Of a DNA stretch of 64,000 bases, positions 1-9,731 are shown piece by piece. The stretch spans positions 11,385 to 75,384 of the forward strand of contig JAEUIN010000382.1 of NCBI GenBank assembly GCA_016793115.1. The letters are read 5' to 3'. The DNA comes from Planctomycetaceae bacterium. Its GTDB lineage: Bacteria > Planctomycetota > Planctomycetia > Pirellulales > PNKZ01. A model generated the notes under the pieces. That model searched no databases, was not told the DNA's origin, and saw nothing but the letters and a program-made list of their open reading frames with translations. Positions within the stretch are counted from its first letter, which is position 1; the number at the start of each line of letters is the position of its first letter. The position numbers and the translations under genes are program-made.

Positions 1-9
1 GGAGCTGTT

Positions 10-588
10 ATGTTTCATCCGATTTCCCTGCTCAAGGCCGTGGGTTTTGGCGCCGGAGCAATGTATTTATTCGATCCCCAACTGGGCTATCGCCGTCGCG
101 CGTCGCTCGTCGAAAGCGTGACCGATGCGTTTGCAAAAGTGAACGACGTCGTCGAATCGGCGGCTCAAGGAGCCTGCGATAAGGCCTGCGAAGCGATAGA
201 GGCCGGCAAAGACGACGCGAGGAACATGGTCGATCAATTCGCCGATCGAATGCGGCCGCCCAAGCCGATCGAGATGTTTATTCGTCGCACCTCAGATGCG
301 ATCGGTCTCCCTAAGAGCCAAATGTTTCGTGCGACTGCCGGCGCGCTCCTCGTCGGACATGGATTTCTGAGCCGCTCGCTGCTGGCTAAGGCGACCGGAG
401 TCGTCGGATTCACCATGCTCGCTTCGGCGCTGGAGCAATCGAAACTGGGCGACCAGGTGCGAATGGATCATCGCGACCATGCCGCGGAATCGGCTCCCGA
501 AGGGGAGCATCACATCAGCAGTTCGGCCGAAGAATCAACCGAGCACGACTCCACGTCGCTCGGTCCGACGACCCAACCGGCCGTGTAA
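10..588 (+). CDS. hypothetical small protein with N-terminal hydrophobic segment
   Basis: 192-aa ORF closed by a strong intrinsic terminator at 625-664. The N-terminal GFGAGAMYLFDPQLGYRRRA motif resembles small stress/BON-type membrane proteins, but no domain is assigned. Confidence 0.45.
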   Translation: MFHPISLLKAVGFGAGAMYLFDPQLGYRRRASLVESVTDAFAKVNDVVESAAQGACDKACEAIEAGKDDARNMVDQFADRMRPPKPIEMFIRRTSDAIGLPKSQMFRATAGALLVGHGFLSRSLLAKATGVVGFTMLASALEQSKLGDQVRMDHRDHAAESAPEGEHHISSSAEESTEHDSTSLGPTTQPAV

Positions 589-624
589 AAGCGATCGGGC
601 GGCACCGGAAGTTTCCAATCAGAA

Positions 625-664
625 GACTCGCGAAACCTAGAGAGTTTCGCGAGTCTCTTTTTTT
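625..664 (+). terminator. rho-independent terminator
   Basis: Perfect 12-bp stem GACTCGCGAAAC/GTTTCGCGAGTC with a 7-nt loop, followed by TCTTTTTTT. Confidence 0.8.
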
Positions 665-746
665 AATTGCCCCACGTGAATGGGCGAAGGTAGGATGTCG
701 ACCGCAGATCGTAAACTTGTGCGTCTCGTCGATTGGGGGCGGACCG

Positions 747-1805
747 ATGCCGACGAAGTCGATACCGATCCTCAAGCTGTCGCAACTTATTGCCGGCGAA
801 GCGGCGGATGTGTTTGCTCTGCTCTACCAAAAAGAAGAACAGCGCACAAAAGACAATAAGCCGTTTCACCGCGTCGGCTTTCGCGACGCGACTTGCGACA
901 TCTCGTTTCCACTCTGGAACGACTCGCCGCACGCCGAAGATTGCCGCATTCGTTGGCAAATCGGCTCGTTTTACAAACTGCGCTGTGCCCTGCGCGAGAC
1001 CAGCTTCGGCCCACAGTTGGAGATACACAAGATTCGCGAAACGACCGAAGCCGACTCCGCCGACGGCTTCGACCCGGACGCTTTTCGGCCGCATACCCGC
1101 TTCGACCCGGCGGAGATGTTCACCGAGCTATCGGCCTTAGCCCAGGCGCGAATCGCCGACTTAGCGATTCGTCGGCTCACGCAGCATTTGCTTATGACTC
1201 ATCGCGAAGCTCTGCTTACCTTGCCCGCGGCTACGAAAAACCATCATGCCGAAAGCGGCGGTTGGCTCGAACATGTGCTGAGTGCGACGCGAAACGCAGT
1301 ATTCTTCGCCGACCGCTACGCCGAACATTATCCTGATTTAAGTCCGCCGCTCGACAAGGATCTCGTCGTCGCCGGAACGATCTTGCACGACATCGGCAAG
1401 CTTCGCGAACTCGAGTGGCGCGCCGAAGGTCCGGCCTATACGGAAGCCGGCTCGGTCGTCGGTCATGTCGTACAAGGGCGCGATATGGTACGCGAAGCGG
1501 CGGCCGAGCTTACTAAGCGACCGGCCGGCGGAGACGATTCCGCGGACCCGCCGTTCGAACTCGTTCAAGAGAAACTCCTGCGTCTGGAACACATCATCCT
1601 TTCACATCAGCGACTGCCGGAATGGGGCGCGCCGAAGCCGCCGATGACGCCCGAGGCGATGTTGGTTCACTACGCCGACGACCTCGATGCGAAGATGAAC
1701 ATGATCTACCACGCGTTTCGCGACGACAAAACGCCCGGGCACACGACGTCGAAAAAGAACGTGCTGATGCAGTCGTTCTATCGCGGAACGGCGAGCGGAC
1801 GCTGA
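747..1805 (+). CDS. YhaM-like 3'-5' exoribonuclease / OB-fold + HD-domain phosphohydrolase
   Basis: N-terminal OB-fold-like region followed by HD-domain motifs (HHAESGGWLEHV ... ILHDIGKL ... HYADDLDAK). The track ORF opens at 717; the first ATG giving a sensible N-terminus is at 747. Confidence 0.65.
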   Translation: MPTKSIPILKLSQLIAGEAADVFALLYQKEEQRTKDNKPFHRVGFRDATCDISFPLWNDSPHAEDCRIRWQIGSFYKLRCALRETSFGPQLEIHKIRETTEADSADGFDPDAFRPHTRFDPAEMFTELSALAQARIADLAIRRLTQHLLMTHREALLTLPAATKNHHAESGGWLEHVLSATRNAVFFADRYAEHYPDLSPPLDKDLVVAGTILHDIGKLRELEWRAEGPAYTEAGSVVGHVVQGRDMVREAAAELTKRPAGGDDSADPPFELVQEKLLRLEHIILSHQRLPEWGAPKPPMTPEAMLVHYADDLDAKMNMIYHAFRDDKTPGHTTSKKNVLMQSFYRGTASGR

Positions 1806-1809
1806 TTCG

Positions 1810-2694
1810 TCACTTCCGCCGCGCGTGAACGATTCGCGGTCGTCGGCCGTGGTCTTCGATCGTCGGCAACACTTCGAAGCTGCCGTCGTCTACGAGCAGC
1901 GTTCGCGCCGCGACGTTCAACTGCGGGCTGATTTCGATCAACAGTTGCCCGCCGGCAACCAAACGCTCGGCCGCTTGCGGCAGCAACCGCTCGATCACCT
2001 CGGTGCCGCGCGGGCCCGCCTCCAAAGCGCCATGCGGTTCGAAATCGCGCACGTCGCGATCGAGCTCCGCCATTTCGGCCGTCGTGATATACGGCGGATT
2101 ACTGACGATGAAATCAAACTTTTGCGACGCGGGCAGCTTGGCGAACAAATCACTCTCGACGAACTCGATTCGCTCAGTCACGCCGTGCGCTTCGGCGTTT
2201 TTGCGAGCCACCTCCAGCGCGCCACGACTTACGTCGATAGCGGTGATCGACACGTTCGGAATCTTCAGAGCCGCACAAATCGCGAGAACGCCGCTGCCGG
2301 TGCCGACGTCGGCGATCTGCAAGCCGCCATCGGGCACGGCGATCGGCACCTGCGCTTTCGCGGCGTCGAGCAAGGCAATGACGAGAAACTCCGTTTCCGG
2401 CCGCGGAATCAGCACGTCGGGCGTCACGGCGAAATTGAGCGAATAAAACTCACGTTTGCCGACCAGATAAGCCACCGGCTTGCCGCCGGCGCGCTCTTTG
2501 ACGAGCGTCCGGTATTGGGCCCGCACCGCTTCCGCCGGCTCTTCGCCGAAGCGGGCATACAGCATAATCCGCTCGCAGCCGAGCGAGTGCGCCAGCAACA
2601 CTTCCGCCTCAAGTCGCGGCGCGTCGGAACCCTGTTCCTTCAAGTAGTTGGTCGTCCAAGTGAGTAGGCGACCGATCGTCCATGGTTCGGACAT
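1810..2694 (-). CDS. prmC: peptide chain release factor N5-glutamine methyltransferase
   Basis: NPPY motif (VSNPPYI) and SAM-binding DVGTGSG, lying directly downstream of prfA. The ATG at 2694 gives the canonical start MSEPWTIGRLL. An alternative GTG at 2772 overlaps the prfA stop codon. Confidence 0.85.
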   Translation of the reverse strand: MSEPWTIGRLLTWTTNYLKEQGSDAPRLEAEVLLAHSLGCERIMLYARFGEEPAEAVRAQYRTLVKERAGGKPVAYLVGKREFYSLNFAVTPDVLIPRPETEFLVIALLDAAKAQVPIAVPDGGLQIADVGTGSGVLAICAALKIPNVSITAIDVSRGALEVARKNAEAHGVTERIEFVESDLFAKLPASQKFDFIVSNPPYITTAEMAELDRDVRDFEPHGALEAGPRGTEVIERLLPQAAERLVAGGQLLIEISPQLNVAARTLLVDDGSFEVLPTIEDHGRRPRIVHARRK

Positions 2695-2768
2695 TGTTGC
2701 TAGTCGCTGGTGGCTGATAGCCGGTTGGTGATCGCCGCTCCGTCCTCGCTGAGTACTCGCGCCCCCTC

Positions 2769-3842
2769 TCACTCCATATTCCCGAACTGGGCGCGTTGTT
2801 CATTGCGATCGTAGTCGATCAGCGCTTGCGTGACGGGAGCAAGATTGCCGGCGAGGATGTTATCGAGCTTGTAGAGGGTGAGATTGATGCGGTGATCGGT
2901 GACGCGATTTTCGGGAAAGTTGTAGGTACGAATACGCTGGCTGCGATCACCGGAGCCGACGAGCGTCTTCCGCTGCTCGGAACGCTTCGCCATTTCCTGT
3001 TCGCGCTTGTGTTCATAGAGCCGCGTTTTCAACACACGGAGCGCCTTGGCGAAGTTCTTGTGCTGGCTCTTTTCGTCTTGACATTGCACGACGATGCCGG
3101 TTTCCAGGTGAGTAAGTCGCACGGCCGACTGCGTCTTATTAACGTGCTGTCCGCCGGGTCCGCTCGCGCAGAACAAATCTTTGCGGTAGTCTTCGGGCTT
3201 GAGATCGACTTCGACGTCTTCCGGTTCCGCCATCACGGCCACTGTCGCGGCAGAAGTGTGAATGCGCCCTTTGGCTTCCGTCTCCGGAACGCGCTGCACG
3301 CGGTGTCCGCCGCTTTCGTATTGCAACTCGCGATAACAGCCGTCGCCCGAAACGCCGAGAATGACTTCCTTGAACCCGCCGAGTTCGGTCGGATTCATGT
3401 CGAGCACTTCGGTTTTCCAACCCTTCGGTTCGCAGTAGTGGCGATACATTTCAAACAGATCGCGCGCGAACAGCGCCGCTTCTTCGCCGCCGGTGCCGGC
3501 GCGGATTTCCATCACACAGCTGGAACGGTTCGCATCGTCGCCGCCGACGCTCAAGTCCAACAGTTCGTCCCAGACCTGTTCGCGCTTCGTCCGAAGTTCG
3601 GGAAGCTCGGCTTCGGCGAGTTCGCGCATGTCCTTGTCGCCGGTTTCGATCATCTCGTTGACTTCGGCGATCTGCGCATTGAGTTCCTTGAATTGCTTGT
3701 ATTTGCCGGCCACTTTGGCGATGGCGCCGCGTTCGCGCGAAAGTGCCGCCAGCCTGTTGCCGTTCGCCAGCACTTCCGGATCGACGAGCAGCTTTTCGAT
3801 CTCTTCGAAGCGAGTCAGTTTCTTTTCAAGTTCGTCGCGCAT
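2769..3842 (-). CDS. prfA: peptide chain release factor 1
   Basis: GGQ motif ([11 protein letters not shown]) and the [15 protein letters not shown] block typical of RF1; 357 aa. Confidence 0.95.
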   Translation of the reverse strand: MRDELEKKLTRFEEIEKLLVDPEVLANGNRLAALSRERGAIAKVAGKYKQFKELNAQIAEVNEMIETGDKDMRELAEAELPELRTKREQVWDELLDLSVGGDDANRSSCVMEIRAGTGGEEAALFARDLFEMYRHYCEPKGWKTEVLDMNPTELGGFKEVILGVSGDGCYRELQYESGGHRVQRVPETEAKGRIHTSAATVAVMAEPEDVEVDLKPEDYRKDLFCASGPGGQHVNKTQSAVRLTHLETGIVVQCQDEKSQHKNFAKALRVLKTRLYEHKREQEMAKRSEQRKTLVGSGDRSQRIRTYNFPENRVTDHRINLTLYKLDNILAGNLAPVTQALIDYDRNEQRAQFGNME

Positions 3843-3907
3843 GGGAACGGTTGCCGTCGTCGGGAGTCAGTTGGTCGGTCGGCGTGAAAACACGAAGCGA
3901 AATGCAG

Positions 3908-3989
3908 CGAGCCGCTTGATCCTCGCGAGGCTAGCCCCGCGCGACGTCGTCGCGATTGGGGCCGCGTCGCAAAAGGAACAAGCGGCTCG
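3908..3989 (-). terminator. compound stem-loop between rpmE and prfA (possible terminator/attenuator)
   Basis: Perfect 11-bp outer stem CGAGCCGCTTG (3908-3918) / CAAGCGGCTCG (3979-3989). It encloses the GCCCC...GGGGC and CGCGACG/CGTCGCG inner pairings. On the minus strand it is followed by a GTGTTTTCAC stretch. Confidence 0.4.
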
Positions 3990-4012
3990 AACGTGTGAAC
4001 TGACTCTCGCGG

Positions 4013-4273
4013 CTATTCTTCGTCGCTGGCTGCCGCCTTGACCGGCTTCTTGGCCTTCTTCGTGAGGCTGGCATAGCCGGCGGCGAACTTCTTCTGGAAC
4101 TTCTCGATGCGGCCGGCCGTGTCGATGAACTTCAGTTTGCCCGTGTAGAACGGATGGCAAACGTTGCAAATATCGACCTTGATTTCCGGCTGCGTGCTGC
4201 GGGTCACGAAGCTGTTGCCGCAACCGCACTTAACGACCGTCGGAATGTAACGGGGATGAATGTCTTTTTGCAT
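4013..4273 (-). CDS. rpmE: 50S ribosomal protein L31 (Zn-ribbon type)
   Basis: MQKDIHPRY start with CxC...CxxC (KCGCGNSF...[10 protein letters not shown]). The real ATG is at 4273, inside the longer track ORF. Confidence 0.9.
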   Translation of the reverse strand: MQKDIHPRYIPTVVKCGCGNSFVTRSTQPEIKVDICNVCHPFYTGKLKFIDTAGRIEKFQKKFAAGYASLTKKAKKPVKAAASDEE

Positions 4274-4729
4274 GATACTTCGACCTCCGCCGCGGTGAGC
4301 TTCGTCTGTGTTCGACGCCCCTACGGCCGGGCTAGTTCTGAGCGGCGCATGACAGGCTCCGCCGGCGGAACCTTCAGACGCGGCAGGGAAATAAGTGGGG
4401 AATTCCTGATCGTATCGGTATCGACTACTTGCGACAAGGGCGTGAGGATCGTTCGACGCTACCTGCATAACGTCTAGTTCTTGATTTCGTCTCATTTAAC
4501 AAACTGCGCCAAGGACCAACGGCGTTCCGCTAAGTCGTTCTTAGAAAGCGAGTTAGGCTTCACGAACAGCCCTTCACCCGTCCCAGCCCCGGAGCCGTAC
4601 CTTGCAACGCCTATCTCCCTACTGGATCTCATGTTGCAGCGATGTCGCCGCTGTTGACTTAGCGGCCCACGCAGTCGACGATTGCCCAACATGGCATTCC
4701 GTTGGAGACGTTTAGCTTCAAGGTGGAGC

Positions 4730-6049
4730 ATGCAGCGCTCTTTTCGACGCTTGGTTTGCTTAGGGCTCCTCGCTGCGACGGTTTCCGCCCCGGCCGCCGA
4801 TTGGCCGCAATATCGCGGGCCACAGCGCGACGACATCTCCAAGGAAACAGGTTTACTGCCGAGTTGGCCCGAATCTGGACCGCCGCTCGCTTGGAAATAC
4901 GACGATCTCGGTCTCGGTTACTCGGGCCCGGCCGTAGTGGGAGATCGGCTCTACACGCTCGGCGATCGCGGCGACGATGAATTCCTCGTTGCCCTCGATT
5001 TGCCGCCGGCCGGTGCGGACAACAATCGCTCGCCAAGAGAAGCCTGGGCAGTGCGAGTGGGAGACAAATTTGATTGGCAAGGCAATTCCTGGAGCGCCGG
5101 CCCTAGCTCGACGCCGACGGTCGACGACGGCTTGCTCTTCGCACTCGGTGGGCTGGGCGACTTGGTCTGCGTCGAAGCGAAGTCGGGCCGAGAGCGCTGG
5201 CGCAAACATTTGCCGACCGAGTTCGCCGCAGAGGTGAATCCGATCGGCGGCGGGCCCAAGAAGCTCGGCTGGGGGTTCACATGGTCGCCGCTCGTCGACG
5301 GCGATCGACTCATTTGTCTTCCCGGCGGCCCGGAGGGAACCGCGGCGGCACTCGATAAACGTACCGGCGAGCTACTTTGGCGCACCAAGGATCTGACCGA
5401 TCAAGCGGCCTACACGTCGCCTATCGCCGCCGACATCCACGGCGTTCGACAGTACGTCGTGCTGACCAACCAAGGACTCGCCGGCGTAGCGACGGACGGA
5501 AAACTGCTCTGGACGTGGCGCCGCCCGCAGCGGGGCTACGGCACGGAAGTCGTCAACTCGCCGATCGTACGCGACGATCTGGTCTACACCACCGTCGGCG
5601 CGGGTGCCGGCTGCGAGCTCATCCGCGTGATCAAGTCGGGCGACGATTGGCGGGCCGAGCAAGTCTACGAGAACAAGAACATGGCGAATCATCACGGCAA
5701 CGTCGTGTTGCTCGGCGATCACGTCTACGGTGCATCGCAAGGTAAAGGCTGGATTTGCCAAGACTTCAAGAACGGCGAGATCATTTGGGCCGAAAGGGCG
5801 AAATTTCGCGCGGGCGCGATGACCTACGCCGACGGCCGGTTCTATCTCTACTCGGAAGACGACGCGAGCGCGGCGATTATCGAAGCGAGCGCCGCCGGTT
5901 GGAACCTGCAAGGCAAAATGTCGCCGCCGCAAGAATCGGCGAATCGCAAACCCAAAGGCAAGGTCTGGACGCCGCCGATCGTCAGCGGCGGTCGCTTATT
6001 CTTGCGCGACCAAGAGTTGTTGTTTTGCTACGACGTACGAAAGAAATAG
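4730..6049 (+). CDS. secreted PQQ-like (BamB-like) beta-propeller repeat protein
   Basis: Signal peptide followed by AADWPQYRGPQRD, then repeated propeller blades (GDRLY, DGLLFALG, GDHVYG, DGRFYLY, GGRLFLR). Confidence 0.7.
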   Translation: MQRSFRRLVCLGLLAATVSAPAADWPQYRGPQRDDISKETGLLPSWPESGPPLAWKYDDLGLGYSGPAVVGDRLYTLGDRGDDEFLVALDLPPAGADNNRSPREAWAVRVGDKFDWQGNSWSAGPSSTPTVDDGLLFALGGLGDLVCVEAKSGRERWRKHLPTEFAAEVNPIGGGPKKLGWGFTWSPLVDGDRLICLPGGPEGTAAALDKRTGELLWRTKDLTDQAAYTSPIAADIHGVRQYVVLTNQGLAGVATDGKLLWTWRRPQRGYGTEVVNSPIVRDDLVYTTVGAGAGCELIRVIKSGDDWRAEQVYENKNMANHHGNVVLLGDHVYGASQGKGWICQDFKNGEIIWAERAKFRAGAMTYADGRFYLYSEDDASAAIIEASAAGWNLQGKMSPPQESANRKPKGKVWTPPIVSGGRLFLRDQELLFCYDVRKK

Positions 6050-6228
6050 CGACGCCTCGGTTGAAAATCTGAATTTCGCTTGAGTTTTACGTTGCTCCAC
6101 ATCGTCAGCTGCATCGCCGTGCCGATTCTGTGGGGCGCCGCCGTGCATTGGTTGTTTCATCGCGGTCTCCGTCGCACGCCGGTAGACTCCGGACCCGCAC
6201 GATCCGGGCCGCAACGCGAGCCCGGTCC

Positions 6229-7113
6229 ATGACCGTGGGCACGACTGCGATTGCCGTCGCCATCGGCGCACTCGTCGGATTCATACCCGGTTTGTTCGGC
6301 GTCGGGGGCGGATTTCTCATGGTGCCGCTATTGCATGTTTGGGCCGGAGTGCCGATTCCGGTCGCCGTCGGGAGTTGCGCGGCGCAATCGCTCGGCACGG
6401 TCACGACCGGCATGCTGCATCGTCGTAGCCGAGGCGAAACGAGCACGCGGCTTGCTTGGTTCTTAATGCCCGGCACGCTCATCGGATTGCAACTTGGAGT
6501 CGGCTTCTTGGAGTGGACGAAGCACTCGACGACCGTACTCAACGTGGGCGGCCGCACACTGCCGCTCATGGAAACGGCGCAGCTTGTCTGCTACTTGGCG
6601 ATTATGTTTGTGTTAGCTGCGGTCGTGGCGCTTGAAGCGCATTACAACGCCGACGAGTACGACACGCATCGCCGCGGCTGGCTCGAGCGCGTGCCGCTGC
6701 CGCCGTTGGTGCGACTTGCCGAAACGGAAGGCCGACCGGCATCGCCGGTGTGGATCACCGTGCTCGGGGTCTTCGTCGGATTCCTCAACGGCGGCTTCGG
6801 CATGGGGGGCGCGCTGTTGCTCGTACCGGCCTTAGTGTTTCTGTTCGGCATCGGCACCCATCGCGCCGTCGCCGTGACGCTGGTCTCGTCGTTCCTCGCC
6901 GGCATTTTTAGCACGGGCCTGCACGCTTATCGCGGCAACGTCGACTTGCCGCTCGTCTGTTGGCTGCTCTTGGGCGGCACGGTTGGCGCGAGCCTCGGCT
7001 CGGTCGTTTCGACCAAACTGAGCGGACGAAGCCTCCGCCGCTGGTTCGCTTTGGTGATCCTCGCCTCGACGACGATCATCCTCGGCCGCCTCTGGCATTT
7101 GGCGGCCGGCTAG
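6229..7113 (+). CDS. TauE/SafE family sulfite/anion exporter (DUF81)
   Basis: Polytopic membrane protein whose two halves each begin with a G-rich motif (GFIPGLFGVGGGFLMVPLL; GFLNGGFGMGGALLLVPAL). Confidence 0.75.
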   Translation: MTVGTTAIAVAIGALVGFIPGLFGVGGGFLMVPLLHVWAGVPIPVAVGSCAAQSLGTVTTGMLHRRSRGETSTRLAWFLMPGTLIGLQLGVGFLEWTKHSTTVLNVGGRTLPLMETAQLVCYLAIMFVLAAVVALEAHYNADEYDTHRRGWLERVPLPPLVRLAETEGRPASPVWITVLGVFVGFLNGGFGMGGALLLVPALVFLFGIGTHRAVAVTLVSSFLAGIFSTGLHAYRGNVDLPLVCWLLLGGTVGASLGSVVSTKLSGRSLRRWFALVILASTTIILGRLWHLAAG

Positions 7114-7369
7114 TCGGCTGACCGTCGCCAAGGCTAATTTCTTGTCAATAAAGAGAACCTGGGCTTTCCGGAGGAGAATTGTTTTGCGTCTCTCTAAGTT
7201 CCTCGGCTACTCCGTTGTGCCTATCGTGCACCGGACCGTGAGTTACTCGCCTGCGGTGTCGGGCGCGGAATTCGGCGATTGGAACACGAGTCGTGCCGCA
7301 GACTTGCCGGCTGTTAGCTCGTTTCGCTAGAATACCGGCTTACCCTCTTTTAGGAGTTCGCGATCCGGC

Positions 7370-7591
7370 ATGGCTGAAAAAGAAGAATCGATCGAAGTCG
7401 AAGGCGTCGTAACGCAGGCGCTCGCCAATACGCGCTTTCGGGTCAAGATCGAAGGCGGCCATGAACTCATCGCGCATGTCGCCGGAAGAATGCGGAAGAA
7501 TTTCATCCGCATCGTGCCCGGCGATAAGGTCAAGGTCGAACTCTCGCCGTACGATCTGACTAAAGGTCGGATCACGTTCCGCGAACGGTAA
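7370..7591 (+). CDS. infA: translation initiation factor IF-1
   Basis: 73-aa S1-like OB protein: [64 protein letters not shown]. Confidence 0.95.
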   Translation: MAEKEESIEVEGVVTQALANTRFRVKIEGGHELIAHVAGRMRKNFIRIVPGDKVKVELSPYDLTKGRITFRER

Positions 7592-7860
7592 GTCGGCGCT
7601 TTCCGCGCACGCACTTCTCTCGTCTAGTTATGTTGCGCGCTCGGTACGGCGATATTAACGCCGCGCAATTTTCTCAAGCCGCTGTGGATGCCGCTGCGCG
7701 AATGGCGTACAACAACCGGCTGTTCCGCACTTCGGAACAAGTTCCCTACAGAGCCTAGTTCCCGTCCGAAGCCATCGACGGGTTTCCGAAACTTACGCGC
7801 CGGACGACGGGTACAACGTCGCGGGCCGGGCCGTTTACCCTTTGTGAAGGAGAGTCACTC

Positions 7861-9549
7861 GTGAAGAGGTTTTCGATGGTGTTGGCTTGCGCGGCGCTGG
7901 TCGTCGCGTCGGCCGTGCGGCCTGCCGCTCCCGTGAGCGCGGCCGAATTGAAACCGGTCGCGGTCGTATCGATCGCCGGTTACGACACGTTGTTGAACGA
8001 CGTCGGACTGATCGGCGACATCGCGGGCGCACCCGAGTTGAAGCAAGGGATCGAAGGCCTCATCGGCATGGTCACGCGCTTCCAAGGCTTGGCCGGTTTG
8101 TCGAAAGATAAACCGCTCGGCGGCGCGTTGTTGCTCAACGAAGAATCGTCGCCTTCCGGCTACGTTTTTCTCCCGGTAAGCGACGTCGAAAAGCTCCTTG
8201 ACGTGTTCCAAGACACGGTGATCACCGATGTCGAGGAAGATGAAGACGAAAAGAGCGTCTCGAAAATCTCGCTCAAGAACGGTCCGCCGCTTTACTTAAA
8301 GGTGAGCGGCGGCTGGGCGTTCGTCACGCCGAAAAAGGAGTTTCTCGCCGATTTGCCGAAAGATCCGGCGGCGCTCTTGGGCGATCTCCCCGAGTCGTAC
8401 GACGTCGCGGTGAAAATCAACATCGCCAATGTGCCGGAGCCCCTGCTCGACATGGCGCTCGGTCAAATGAAAGCCGGGGCCGAACAAGCCATGCGCCGGG
8501 CGGCGGAAGAGAATCCGGAGGCGGCGAAAATTCAGCAGGAGTTCGTCGAAACCTATCTTGAGCAGGTTTCCAAGGCTCTTAAGGAACTCGAAAGCTACAC
8601 CGTCGGACTGGCGATCAGCGACAAAACTCGCAGCGCCTATCTCGACGTCGAGGCCGTGATGAAAGACGGCAGCGACATGGCCAAGCAAGTCAACGCTTCG
8701 GCCGCCGCGGCTCCGACCTCGAAGCTTCCCGGCCTCGCCGACGCCGCCCGCGTCTTCAATCTGCATCTCAACGCTCCGGTGTTGGAGAGCGACGCGGAAC
8801 AAGTCGCGGCGTTGATCGACCAGGCGCGCGCGAGCATCGAAGAAAAAATCAAGGAAGAGATCGACGAAGAAGAGGAACAAAAGGCGGTGACGAAGTGGGC
8901 CAACACGGCGATCGACGTCGTAAAAGCGACGATCGAAGCCGGCCAAATCAACGGCGGCGCCGTCGTCACCGGCGAAGGCCCTTTTTCGGTCGTGGTCGCG
9001 GCGCACGTCGTCGATGCCAAGAAACTCGACAAGCTGTTCCGCGAGATCGCCAAAGTCGCCGCAGATAAGAGCGAAGACGCGCCGGAATTTGAATTCGACG
9101 CCGACGAGAAGGCCGGCGTGACGTTCCATACATTCGCTCTGCCGGTCGACGAGGACGACGATACGGAAGACCTGGAAAAATTCTTCGGCACCGACGAACC
9201 GACGGCCGCGCTTGGTTTCGGCAAAGAAGTCGTCGTACTATCAATCGGCGAGGATCCGGTGGCCGCCGCCGCGGAAGTTCTTTCCAAAAAGGGAGGCGGC
9301 GCGAAGCTGCCGATGATGCAGGCTCAACTGAAGTTCGGACCGATCATGAAGGTGGCCGCCGACCAATCGGGCGACGAACAACCGCTGTTGCCGTTGGCCG
9401 CGGAACTCTTGAAGGGAGAAAAGAAAGACCACATCAATCTCACCGCCTCGTTCATCAAAAACGGCGAACGCGTGCGGCTTGAGATCGAAGAAGGTCTGAT
9501 CGCCGCGTTCGGCAAGCTGGCCATGCAAGCCACAAAGGGCGGACGCTAA
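7861..9549 (+). CDS. secreted acidic hypothetical protein
   Basis: 562-aa ORF with a GTG start and a signal peptide (MVLACAALVVASAVRPAAPVSA). It is Glu/Asp/Ala-rich and is followed by a strong terminator at 9612-9654. No domain recognised. Confidence 0.6.
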   Translation: MKRFSMVLACAALVVASAVRPAAPVSAAELKPVAVVSIAGYDTLLNDVGLIGDIAGAPELKQGIEGLIGMVTRFQGLAGLSKDKPLGGALLLNEESSPSGYVFLPVSDVEKLLDVFQDTVITDVEEDEDEKSVSKISLKNGPPLYLKVSGGWAFVTPKKEFLADLPKDPAALLGDLPESYDVAVKINIANVPEPLLDMALGQMKAGAEQAMRRAAEENPEAAKIQQEFVETYLEQVSKALKELESYTVGLAISDKTRSAYLDVEAVMKDGSDMAKQVNASAAAAPTSKLPGLADAARVFNLHLNAPVLESDAEQVAALIDQARASIEEKIKEEIDEEEEQKAVTKWANTAIDVVKATIEAGQINGGAVVTGEGPFSVVVAAHVVDAKKLDKLFREIAKVAADKSEDAPEFEFDADEKAGVTFHTFALPVDEDDDTEDLEKFFGTDEPTAALGFGKEVVVLSIGEDPVAAAAEVLSKKGGGAKLPMMQAQLKFGPIMKVAADQSGDEQPLLPLAAELLKGEKKDHINLTASFIKNGERVRLEIEEGLIAAFGKLAMQATKGGR

Positions 9550-9611
9550 ACTATCCCGGAACCGGGGAACCGCTCGAATCGAGGCTTCGGTTTCGGCAAA
9601 TGTGACGCAGC

Positions 9612-9654
9612 GCGAGGCCCTCGGCAACCAAACCGAGGGCCTCGCTGTTTTGTT
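9612..9654 (+). terminator. rho-independent terminator
   Basis: 13-bp stem GCGAGGCCCTCGG/CCGAGGGCCTCGC with an 8-nt loop, followed by TGTTTTGTT. Confidence 0.8.
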
Positions 9655-9731
9655 AGGACGGGCGGTGAGCCCCCCCTCACCGATTCCCGCCGTCCGTAGC
9701 CGGTCGGCGGTTGTGATAGAATCCAAGTGCC

